Position numbers and translations under genes: made by a program
Shown: in pieces, positions 14,926-23,597 of the stretch
Numbering within the stretch: position 1 is the stretch's first letter
How the letters are laid out: each line of letters opens with the position of its first letter
From: a bacterium
GTDB lineage: Bacteria; Cyanobacteriota; Vampirovibrionia; Gastranaerophilales; Gastranaerophilaceae
Assembly (NCBI GenBank): GCA_017444705.1
Contig: JAFSWA010000017.1
Span: 1 to 33,625, forward strand
Direction of reading: 5' to 3'
DNA length: 33,625 nucleotides
The notes under the pieces: model-generated
Told to the model about the DNA's origin: nothing
The model's database searches: none
What the model saw: the letters and a program-made list of their open reading frames with translations, nothing else

Positions 14926-16473
14926 TTACTCTTCATTGTCAACAATCCTGTATTGAAGAGCCTGTGCAATATGTGAAGATTCAATGTTTTCACTTCCGCT
15001 TATATCCGCAATTGTTCTTGAAAGTTTCAAAATTCTGTCATAAGAACGTCCCGAAAGGTTAAATTTTGCAACTGCCATTTTTAAAAGCTCTTTTGACTTA
15101 TCATCTAATACACAATATTTTTTGACAAGTTTCGGTGTCAACTGAGAATTAGTTAAAATTCCGTCGTTTTTATAGCGTTCTTTCTGAATTTTTCTTGCCT
15201 TAATTACTCTTTCTCTTATCTGTTTTGAGGTTTCTCCCGACGGTTTCATATTTACCAATTCTTCTGCCGAAAGACGGGGAACATCAATGTGCAAATCAAT
15301 TCTGTCGAGCAATGGACCTGACAGTCTTGCCTTATATCTGTCTATTTGAAATTGCGTACAACTGCACTGTTTTTGTTTATCTCCCAAATATCCGCATGGG
15401 CAAGGATTCATTGCCGCAAGCAGCATAAAATCCGCAGGATATTTTATACTTGTATGAACTCTTGAAATAACAACTTCTCCGTCTTCCAACGGTTGTCTTA
15501 AAACTTCCAAAACATTTCTCGGAAATTCAACTATTTCATCAAGAAATAAAACCCCTCTGTGAGCAAGAGTAATCTCTCCGGGTTTTGGATTTGTTCCGCC
15601 GCCAATTATACCTACGGCAGATGCACTATGATGAACTGAACGAAACGGTCTGACTGTTATCAACGGATTATCTTTTTTTAAAAGTCCGGAAATACTGTAA
15701 ATTTTGGTCAATTCAATAGCTTCTTCAAGTTCTAACGGCGGTAAAATCGACATAAAGCACTTAGACAAAAGAGTTTTTCCCGCACCGGGAGAGCCTGACA
15801 TCAAAAGGTTATGCCCGCCCGCAGCAGCAATTTCCATTGCCATTTTTGCCTTTTGCTGTCCTTTTACATCTTTAAAATCGTAAGGAACATCTATCTCTGT
15901 TTCTTTTTTAAAATATTCTTCTATATTAATTTTAAATTGCGATATTTTCTGTGCAATAGCTTCATCATCAAGAAAATGATTAACTACTTCATTGAGATTA
16001 TCAGCCGGATATACTTCAATATCAGGAATAAGTGCCGCTTCTTTTGAATTTTCTTTCGGAACAATAATTTTTGAAATGCCTAATTCTCTCAAACCTGAAA
16101 CAATAGGCAGAACTCCGTTAATCGGTCTTAAACTGCCATCAAGGGAAAGTTCACCGACAAAAACATAATCTTTAAACTTTTCCCAATCCAAAACACCATC
16201 TTGTGCCAATATACCGAGTGCAATCGGCAAATCATAGTTTGTACCCTCTTTTTTTATATCAGCAGGTGCCAAATTCACAACAACTTTTTTATTCGGAAAA
16301 AGATATCCGGAATTTTTTATAGCTGATTTTACTCTTTCTCTTGCTTCCGATACGGCAGCATCCGGCAAACCTACAATACTCATTGAGGGAAGAGAATTTA
16401 ATATATCAACTTCAACCTCAATTTTATAAGCTTCAAGTCCTATTACAGTTGATGTTAAAACTTTTGCTACCAT
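14926..16473 (-). CDS. YifB/ComM family Mg-chelatase-like AAA+ ATPase
   Basis: N-terminal Lon-protease-like domain, Walker A GSPGAGKT, LFLDE Walker B and a C-terminal Mg-chelatase subunit ChlI-like tail. The start overlaps the upstream stop as TAATG. Confidence 0.9.
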   Translation of the reverse strand: MVAKVLTSTVIGLEAYKIEVEVDILNSLPSMSIVGLPDAAVSEARERVKSAIKNSGYLFPNKKVVVNLAPADIKKEGTNYDLPIALGILAQDGVLDWEKFKDYVFVGELSLDGSLRPINGVLPIVSGLRELGISKIIVPKENSKEAALIPDIEVYPADNLNEVVNHFLDDEAIAQKISQFKINIEEYFKKETEIDVPYDFKDVKGQQKAKMAMEIAAAGGHNLLMSGSPGAGKTLLSKCFMSILPPLELEEAIELTKIYSISGLLKKDNPLITVRPFRSVHHSASAVGIIGGGTNPKPGEITLAHRGVLFLDEIVEFPRNVLEVLRQPLEDGEVVISRVHTSIKYPADFMLLAAMNPCPCGYLGDKQKQCSCTQFQIDRYKARLSGPLLDRIDLHIDVPRLSAEELVNMKPSGETSKQIRERVIKARKIQKERYKNDGILTNSQLTPKLVKKYCVLDDKSKELLKMAVAKFNLSGRSYDRILKLSRTIADISGSENIESSHIAQALQYRIVDNEE

Positions 16474-16820
16474 TATCTTCCCTCTTCACTGTTATATTTT
16501 CCCCATATTTTATGAGAAAAGCATATATCTTTAACTGTCAATTTCAAGCTCTCTGCGTAAAACTGTGCGGAATTTAAAATCCTTTGCTTTTGAAGATAAA
16601 GTTCTTGAGAAATCATTGAATTTTTGCATGCAACAATAAGAGTTTTATCTTTTGAAAGCCCGACAGGTTTTGAAAATTGTGCCAATTTTTGACCTGCAAT
16701 TTCATTCCACGCCAAAAACAAAGTCAATACCTTTGACTGCTTCTTTGGCTGCAATTTTTTCTTTAATTCGGATAAAATATCGCCTACACTTTCAAAATTT
16801 GAATAGAGAATTTTTTCCAT
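16473..16820 (-). CDS. DUF721 (DciA-like) protein
   Basis: Size and pattern ...LFLAWNEIAGQKLAQFSKPVGLSKDKTLIVACKNSMISQELYLQKQRIL are typical of DUF721. Confidence 0.7.
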   Translation of the reverse strand: MEKILYSNFESVGDILSELKKKLQPKKQSKVLTLFLAWNEIAGQKLAQFSKPVGLSKDKTLIVACKNSMISQELYLQKQRILNSAQFYAESLKLTVKDICFSHKIWGKYNSEEGR

Positions 16821-16841
16821 TTAACTCTTTCTGCCTTTATA

Positions 16842-18221
16842 TTAAACATTTTTTAAATATTCATTGATAGCTTTTGCGGCAGCTTTTCCGGCACCCATAG
16901 CGTTTATGGCATTTGATTCACCGGTAGGAGCAACATCACCGCCAGCAAAAACTCCGTCTATTGAAGTTTTACCTGTTTCTTTATCAATAATAATATAACC
17001 TTTTCTATCTGTATCAAGAGTTAATCCGTCTGCTTTAATTGAGCTTTGAATAATCGGATTCGGTCCCGTACCGAGAGCAACAATAACCGTATCAAGCGGA
17101 ACTGTTACAAATTCTCCCGTTCCGACAGGTCTGCGACGACATGATTCATCAGGTTCACCTAATTCCATTTTCTCAAATTTCATAGCCGAAACAAAACCAT
17201 CTTCACCCAAAATTTCAACAGGTGCGTGCAAAAGATTAAAGACAACGCCTTCTTCTTTTGCGTGACGAATCTCCTCTAATCTTGCAGGAAGTTCTTTTTC
17301 TGTTCTTCTGTAAAATATATTAACCTCTTCAAAGCCGACTCTGACCGCACATCTTGCCGCATCCATCGCAACATTTCCGCCGCCTATTATTGCTGCACTT
17401 TTACCGACTCTTAAAGGAGTAACCGCTTCTTGGGTCATTGCTTTCATCAGATTTACTCTTGTCAAAAATTCATTTGCACTGTAAACACCATTGAGGTTTT
17501 CTCCCGGAATATTCAACATTTTTGGTAAACCGGCACCGGAGCATATAAATATTGCATTATAACCGTCTTCTTTAAGTTGTTTTAATGTTATAGATTTACC
17601 GACAACAGTATTTTTTTCAAATTTTACACCCATTTCTTTTAAGTTATTAAGTTCTCTGTCAAGGACGGTTCTTGGAAGTCTGAAAGGCGGAATACCATAT
17701 CTCAAAACACCTCCGAAAGCGTGTAAAGCTTCAAAAACAGTAACATCATGACCGGCTTGTCTTAAATCGGCAGCAGCGGTAATTCCCGCACATCCTGAAC
17801 CGATTATCGCAACTTTCTTTCCGCTCGGTGTAATTTCTCTTGTTTTACTTTCGGTATTATCTCCAACATATCTTTCCAAAGCTCCGATAGCAACAGAATC
17901 CCCTTTAATCCCCAAAACGCAATTCCCCTCGCATTGTCTTTCCTGAGGGCAAACTCTCCCGCATACCGACGGCAGCATTGAAGTTTCTCGAATTACATCA
18001 CCGGCACCTTGAAGATTTCCCGCTTTAAGTTCGCTAATAAATTTCGGAATATTTATATTTACCGGACACCCCTGAACACATCTTGGGTTCTTACAATTCA
18101 GACATCTTGAAGCTTCTATCGCAATTTGTTGTGAAGTTAAATTACTTTCTACCGCATCAAAATTACTTCGTCTTTGTATTTTGTCCTGCTCTTTTGGGTG
18201 TTGTCTTTCTGATTTTTCCAT
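16842..18221 (-). CDS. NADPH-dependent glutamate synthase small-chain-like / NfnB-SudA-like FAD-NAD(P) oxidoreductase
   Basis: N-terminal Fe-S Cys motifs CLNCKNPRCVQGCP and CGRVCPQERQCEGNC, plus two Rossmann motifs GSGCAG and GGGNVAMD. No large subunit or NfnA partner adjacent. Confidence 0.85.
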   Translation of the reverse strand: MEKSERQHPKEQDKIQRRSNFDAVESNLTSQQIAIEASRCLNCKNPRCVQGCPVNINIPKFISELKAGNLQGAGDVIRETSMLPSVCGRVCPQERQCEGNCVLGIKGDSVAIGALERYVGDNTESKTREITPSGKKVAIIGSGCAGITAAADLRQAGHDVTVFEALHAFGGVLRYGIPPFRLPRTVLDRELNNLKEMGVKFEKNTVVGKSITLKQLKEDGYNAIFICSGAGLPKMLNIPGENLNGVYSANEFLTRVNLMKAMTQEAVTPLRVGKSAAIIGGGNVAMDAARCAVRVGFEEVNIFYRRTEKELPARLEEIRHAKEEGVVFNLLHAPVEILGEDGFVSAMKFEKMELGEPDESCRRRPVGTGEFVTVPLDTVIVALGTGPNPIIQSSIKADGLTLDTDRKGYIIIDKETGKTSIDGVFAGGDVAPTGESNAINAMGAGKAAAKAINEYLKNV

Positions 18222-18222
18222 C

Positions 18223-19671
18223 TTATACTCCTTTAATTTTTTTTACTTTATCTGTTACCACATTTGATAATTTCATTATAACCTGCTGAATATTATTATG
18301 AATAGCATTTTCATTTTTGTTCTCATCAAGAATAACTGATAGCATTGCAATATTTGTCCAAAACAGAAATTGTAATTGGGGTCTGAAAAATATTGTATCT
18401 ACAAAACCATGAACAAAAACTCCGGTAATCATTATTAATATTGAAATTACTATAACTTTTTGCTCTATTTGAAAATCATTATTTATAAAATTTATTGAAG
18501 ATTTGATTAACATTCCAAAAAATAAAAGAAATATCAGAAGTGCAAAAATTCCGCTTTCAACGGCAATTTCAAGGTAAATTGAATATGCACTCAACGCATC
18601 AAATCCTGTAATCATATAAAGTCCGTACATATTTCTGAAAGTTTCGTTACCGACTCCAATTCCGGTGAACCAATTATCCAAAAACATATTCCACGTTGAA
18701 TGATAAACATTCATCCTGAAAGAGGTTGAAGAATCCCCTCTCAACATAAAAATAGACAAGACTCTTTTTAAAATTTTAGGAGTTAAAATAATTGCCATTC
18801 CGCCAAGTGCAACAATACCGGCACATATTTTTTTCCATAATTCCTGCATATTTTTTGAAAAATGTTTTTTTGAAAGCATATATATAAGTAAAAAAGCAAC
18901 TGAAAACATAGCAAATACGCCCAAATAGCCGCCTCTTGTACCTGTTTTAAATATTGCAACAAGCGTAATTAAAAAAGATAAAAGTGCAAATAAAAATGTT
19001 TTTTTATGTTTTCCTATAAAAGCCCAAAATCCGACTGTAATTACACTTGAAAGCCCGACTACCAAATATCCGCATAACAAATTTGGATTATACGGTTTCA
19101 AAGTTCCGTACACTCTTGACAAAATATCCTCAGCATTAGTATAAGAAGTATCCTGCCATGTAGCAATAGCTTCAACATTATTAAAAGATTGCATTAAAGC
19201 TATAACTGACTCTATTGTATTTAAAAACACTATTATAAAAATCAACGGCACAATTTTATTTTTATTAAATCTAAAAAAATGCACCATTGAAAAGTAAAAC
19301 GCAACATATACAAAAGTTTTAAAAAACCCTTTAAAACTCAAATTCAAATACGGTGAAAATAAAACACTTATAAAACAAATTCCCAAATATAAGAATAATA
19401 CGAGATTTGCCGTTGAAAATTTAATTGTCTGACCTCTTATAAAAAATATTTTTAACACCGATAATCCGATTATCAATAATGCGACTTTACCAAGAATCAT
19501 TGTTTGAGTAAACAAAGAAAGCAACAACAAAAGAACGGTTAAAAACAGTATAAAATAATCAAATCTTTGCAAAAAAAGACTTGCACACACCAACGGACGC
19601 AGAAATTCCTGCGAAGCTGAAAATATACTATTTATTTTATCCGTAATAAAACTGCCGTTATTCATCATCAT
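18223..19671 (-). CDS. O-antigen ligase / Wzy-like polytopic membrane protein
   Basis: About 12 hydrophobic segments and a TGTRGGYLG loop motif. The start (three tandem ATGs, 19663-19671) overlaps the upstream gene end. Confidence 0.75.
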   Translation of the reverse strand: MMMNNGSFITDKINSIFSASQEFLRPLVCASLFLQRFDYFILFLTVLLLLLSLFTQTMILGKVALLIIGLSVLKIFFIRGQTIKFSTANLVLFLYLGICFISVLFSPYLNLSFKGFFKTFVYVAFYFSMVHFFRFNKNKIVPLIFIIVFLNTIESVIALMQSFNNVEAIATWQDTSYTNAEDILSRVYGTLKPYNPNLLCGYLVVGLSSVITVGFWAFIGKHKKTFLFALLSFLITLVAIFKTGTRGGYLGVFAMFSVAFLLIYMLSKKHFSKNMQELWKKICAGIVALGGMAIILTPKILKRVLSIFMLRGDSSTSFRMNVYHSTWNMFLDNWFTGIGVGNETFRNMYGLYMITGFDALSAYSIYLEIAVESGIFALLIFLLFFGMLIKSSINFINNDFQIEQKVIVISILIMITGVFVHGFVDTIFFRPQLQFLFWTNIAMLSVILDENKNENAIHNNIQQVIMKLSNVVTDKVKKIKGV

Positions 19672-20227
19672 TATTTTTGGTCGTTAATATTTTTACATTA
19701 GTTATTTTTCCGTCAAGTCTGTAAGTTGAAGATTCAAGAGTAATAGGCAACCCTATTTTAATTTTATTACCGCCGGATACAACTCCGTCATCAGTAAATT
19801 TTCCGTTATCTTCAACTGTTACAAGAAAATCATAAGCAAGAGGATTTTCTTCGTCATCAACTAAAACATAAGGATTGTTTACATTTCCGGTAGGTACCAT
19901 TGTTTTTTTATGATCATATCTTACATTTGTAATTTTCAATTTTGCATGAGGAACATTTCTTATTGTAACAAAAGTTTCATTACCGACAAAAAACGGAATT
20001 ACGATTTCGTCCGTTCCGCCTCTTGAAATGGGAACATTTTTGAAATATATTTCATAAGCGACTTTCCCCTCATTTTCCACAGGAGTGGGAGCATAAGCCT
20101 TTTTCCCTACATAGAAAAGTCCGAATAAAATAATCAGAAATACAAAAATTCCCAAAATCATATAATCCATCGGTCTCATTTTTTGTAAAATGTTTTTTGC
20201 TTTTTCTTTTACTTCATTTTCGCTCAT
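19658..20227 (-). CDS. DUF4330-like single-pass membrane protein
   Basis: N-terminal TM (MILGIFVFLIILFGLFYV) followed by a beta-rich domain. AAGGGGA SD. Confidence 0.6.
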   Translation of the reverse strand: MSENEVKEKAKNILQKMRPMDYMILGIFVFLIILFGLFYVGKKAYAPTPVENEGKVAYEIYFKNVPISRGGTDEIVIPFFVGNETFVTIRNVPHAKLKITNVRYDHKKTMVPTGNVNNPYVLVDDEENPLAYDFLVTVEDNGKFTDDGVVSGGNKIKIGLPITLESSTYRLDGKITNVKILTTKNNDDE

Positions 20228-20237
20228 AATATTCCCC

Positions 20238-21260
20238 TTATAAGTTTAATTTATCAACATTTTGTATAATCTCATCCGTGGTTGTTGTCGCACAGCCAAA
20301 AGTTCTTATTACTATTGAGGCGGCTATATTGCCTATTACTGCCGCAACTTCCGGTTTTAACCCTGCCGTGAGAGCTAATGCGTAAGAAGCAATAACGGTA
20401 TCACCGGCACCTGTTACATCAAAAACTTTCGTTTTATTAAAAGCCGGAATAAAGAAATGTTTTCCGGATTTTTCAAAAACAGCCATGCCATGCTCTCCTC
20501 TTGTAATAAGAACATTATCCGCATTTGTTTTCATTAGCATTTCTTTTCCCGCTCTTATCAAATCGTCTTCCGTTTTTATAAAATATCCGAGATATTTCTC
20601 TGTATCGGGCTGGTTTGGAGTCAACGTAGTTACCCCTTTAAATCTGTCCAAGTTTTTTTGAGAATCAACGCATATAGTTTTATTATATTTTTTTGCATAT
20701 TCAATTGCCGTATCGATAACCCTTTTAGTTAATGTTCCCAAATGATAATCCGAAAGAATAATTCCGTCATGTTCCGGTATAGCTTTTTTAATATTTTCAA
20801 TTAATTTTTCTTCAACTTCACCGCTTATAAATTCTTTCGATTGACGATCAATTCTGACAATCTGTTGTGTAACCGACTGAGAGCATGCCCCCGAAATTCT
20901 TGTTTTTACGGTTGTAGGGCGTGATTTATCCTGAACAAGATATTCCGTATTAATATTTGCATTTTTAAAAGCTTCTATCAAAATCGGTGCATGATAATCA
21001 TCACCATAAAGCCCGATAACACTAACTTTTGCATTATTTAAGGTTGCAAGGTTATGTGCGGCATTAGAAGCTCCTCCAAGAATAATATTTGTATGGGTAT
21101 GTGCCAAAATCAAAACGGGTGCTTCTCTTGAAATACGTTCCGTATCGCCGTATATCATCTCATCAATGGCAAGATCGCCTATAACCAACATTTTGACACC
21201 GCTTAATTTTTTAATACTCTCTTTTAATTCATTTTTCGTAATCATTTGACAAAATCCCAT
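20238..21260 (-). CDS. rfaE1: D-glycero-beta-D-manno-heptose-7-phosphate kinase (RfaE domain I, PfkB family)
   Basis: MLVIGDLAIDEMIYGDTERISREAPVLIL and C-terminal DVTGAGDTVIA. The start could instead be the ATG at 21245. Confidence 0.85.
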   Translation of the reverse strand: MGFCQMITKNELKESIKKLSGVKMLVIGDLAIDEMIYGDTERISREAPVLILAHTHTNIILGGASNAAHNLATLNNAKVSVIGLYGDDYHAPILIEAFKNANINTEYLVQDKSRPTTVKTRISGACSQSVTQQIVRIDRQSKEFISGEVEEKLIENIKKAIPEHDGIILSDYHLGTLTKRVIDTAIEYAKKYNKTICVDSQKNLDRFKGVTTLTPNQPDTEKYLGYFIKTEDDLIRAGKEMLMKTNADNVLITRGEHGMAVFEKSGKHFFIPAFNKTKVFDVTGAGDTVIASYALALTAGLKPEVAAVIGNIAASIVIRTFGCATTTTDEIIQNVDKLNL

Positions 21261-21311
21261 AATTAAGGTTTATAATAAATTTAGTTTAACATAAAAGAGA
21301 AATTTATTAAA

Positions 21312-21980
21312 ATGATTAATAAAAATAAGAAAAATTTTTATATAGGTTTATCAATGGGTTCAAATTCCGCAAATGAAACAGGTGTGGCAATTTTGGACAG
21401 AAATTTTAAAATTATTTCACTCGATAAACTTCACTCAATGAGTGATATTGAACATTATTTTGATATTTTACCAAGCAAAAATGATTCAATAATCTGTGCT
21501 TCAATTCCTGAAAATCCGACTATGCTTAACGGAAAATGGAAACTGATGTCAAGTGCCTACCAACTCATGAGAAGTAATGAACACCTTTTAAACAACGATA
21601 AGTGGGCAGACAGATTTTCAACAAGAGGTTGCGATTGTTACAACAAAATGAAAGCCGAAGGAGTTGAAATATACAGATATGATTTGTACGACCTTAAAAC
21701 ATTTTTGGGATTAAATTCCCTATATAAAGACAGAACACCTGCCGATTTTAAACATTTACAAAGCTATATAAGGTATGAATTTGATTTGGATGATTTACCG
21801 CAGAATTTGCTTCCCGTATCAGAATTGGAAGCAATTTTGGGGGCTTATTTATCTTATGTAATTTCAAACGGAGACCGCAATAAAGACTATTGCAAAAAAT
21901 TTGAATTTAAAGGTATAGATGTAATCGGATTAAAAAAAATTCGAAAAATGTACGGAGAAAATATAAAAATAACTTTATAA
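21312..21980 (+). CDS. Hypothetical protein, possibly an RNase H-fold / DUF429-like protein
   Basis: N-terminal FYIGLSMGS...TGVAILD and late ELEAILGAY resemble the DUF429 pattern from memory. Weak assignment. Confidence 0.45.
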   Translation: MINKNKKNFYIGLSMGSNSANETGVAILDRNFKIISLDKLHSMSDIEHYFDILPSKNDSIICASIPENPTMLNGKWKLMSSAYQLMRSNEHLLNNDKWADRFSTRGCDCYNKMKAEGVEIYRYDLYDLKTFLGLNSLYKDRTPADFKHLQSYIRYEFDLDDLPQNLLPVSELEAILGAYLSYVISNGDRNKDYCKKFEFKGIDVIGLKKIRKMYGENIKITL

Positions 21981-21982
21981 TT

Positions 21983-22798
21983 TTATTCTTCTCCGATAAT
22001 TTTCAAAGCTCTTTTGTAAGAAACCGTCGGATAACCGTCTTGAATGTATTGCGGGTAGTTTTTATTAATATACGTATAAAGAGCGTTCAGCCTTTTTCTT
22101 CCTGTCGGGTGAGAAGAAGTTATATCAACGTAATGCCCCGAAATTTTATTGAGTAATGAAATCTCCGCTAACGGATTGTATTCGGCATTAACCATCAAAT
22201 CAGCGGCGGTTAAATCAGCTTTATACTCGGCGTTTCTGTCTTTTTTCGATGCAACTTGCTGAGGAACACCGGCAAGATTCAAAAGAACCTGCCTTGCTAT
22301 TTTTCTTTTTACATCATTATTTAGAACATGCCCGAGTTCATGAGCTATTACTGCCGCCAATTCATCTTCTGTTTCTACATATTTTAAAATTCCCGTATAT
22401 AAAACTATTTCATCTGCCACATTTGTATATGCATTTGCCTCACGGCTTGAACGAACAGAGAATACAATATCTTCATTTATATCACTCGCTTCTAGAAGTC
22501 TTGTTCCGACAGCATTAACTTTATTATATGCCTTTATTGTTGTCCAACTTTTATACAATGGTTTTGCATCCATCTCTTCATATGTTTTATAGTCAGTTTT
22601 ATTTTTTGTACTTTGTTTGTTTGCAACCCCGCTCGGTTCTGTCGGTGTTCCTTTCGGAACCTTTGAGCTTGATGCTCTGCCGCCCGTCTGTATTGTTCCG
22701 TCCTTTTTAATTTTATAAGTTGATTTTGCCTCAGCAGAGGTTATGCTTCCTATCAAAAATACAAATAAACAAATCCATATAAAATTCTTTATCTTCAT
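21983..22798 (-). CDS. Secreted M48-family zinc metallopeptidase
   Basis: HELGHV zinc motif and signal peptide MKIKNFIWICLFVFLIGSITSAEA. AGGAG lies 9 nt upstream of ATG 22798. The track start 22807 is TTG. Confidence 0.82.
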   Translation of the reverse strand: MKIKNFIWICLFVFLIGSITSAEAKSTYKIKKDGTIQTGGRASSSKVPKGTPTEPSGVANKQSTKNKTDYKTYEEMDAKPLYKSWTTIKAYNKVNAVGTRLLEASDINEDIVFSVRSSREANAYTNVADEIVLYTGILKYVETEDELAAVIAHELGHVLNNDVKRKIARQVLLNLAGVPQQVASKKDRNAEYKADLTAADLMVNAEYNPLAEISLLNKISGHYVDITSSHPTGRKRLNALYTYINKNYPQYIQDGYPTVSYKRALKIIGEE

Positions 22799-22945
22799 AT
22801 TTGTCAACTCCTATATCATATATTCTTACATAAATAGCTATATTTAGTCAATATTAAAATATTTTAATATTTCTTAAAAAAAGCAGCAAAAAAATTTTTT
22901 TACGGGGTTTTAAAAAACGGAATATATTAAATAGAAAGGATTTAT

Positions 22946-23242
22946 ATGAAAATTTCATTTAAAAGCGTAATATTGTACAAATATCCAAACTCTAAAATGA
23001 GAGATATTGTAAAAGATTTAGAGAGTTCTTCCCCGAACAGAAGCAGTAAATATTGGACATCAGTGTCCGTTGACAGAGAAAAAGACAGTTCTGATTTATT
23101 GGTATTAACAGGGTCAGATTTAAAATTTGCAGTAAGAAATAAGAAAGATAACCAATCGGTTCAGGATTATATACTTGCGAATTTAGACAGATATATTAAA
23201 AAAGCGGAAGTTTTTGATACCAGAATACATAAGGGGATATAA
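22946..23242 (+). CDS. Small hypothetical protein (98 aa), loose member of the M-x-(V/I)-S-F-G family
   Basis: AAAGGA SD. N-terminus MKISFKSV and internal DLLVLTG resemble the 25870-27203 paralogues. Confidence 0.6.
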   Translation: MKISFKSVILYKYPNSKMRDIVKDLESSSPNRSSKYWTSVSVDREKDSSDLLVLTGSDLKFAVRNKKDNQSVQDYILANLDRYIKKAEVFDTRIHKGI

Positions 23243-23245
23243 AAT

Positions 23246-23455
23246 ATGAGGATTGGAAATTTAAATACAAATGTTAATTTCAAGCAAATCAAAATGGACG
23301 GTGATTCATATTGGGATTTACGTAACACTTCAAGTGAAGAAGCTGTGGACAGCATAAAAGATATGAGTTTAAAAGGTTTTAACCTCGGCTATATTACATG
23401 CAATGATTCCGGACTTTTTTTACGAGGAATTCAATCTCGTGAGGGAAAATCCTGA
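23246..23455 (+). CDS. Small hypothetical protein, probably frame-broken at a T7 tract (restored product about 97 aa, ending at 23540)
   Basis: AAGGGGA SD. Stop comes 13 codons after the T-run 23415-23421. The +1 frame stays open to TAA 23538-23540, right before the terminator hairpin. Confidence 0.55.
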   Translation: MRIGNLNTNVNFKQIKMDGDSYWDLRNTSSEEAVDSIKDMSLKGFNLGYITCNDSGLFLRGIQSREGKS

Positions 23456-23543
23456 TGCATTTATCTTGGAGAAAGACCAACGGCACAAGACGTGCGTAAC
23501 GCAATTAACAACTATAACAAATATGCCTAAAATGGTTTAACAT

Positions 23544-23587
23544 AAACGAAATTCCGCATTTATATAAATGCGGAATTTCGTTTTTTG
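23544..23587. terminator. Bidirectional intrinsic terminator
   Basis: Long perfect palindrome AAACGAAATTCCGCATTTA / TAAATGCGGAATTTCGTTT followed by a T-run, between convergent genes. Confidence 0.85.
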
Positions 23588-23597
23588 TTTATTATAA

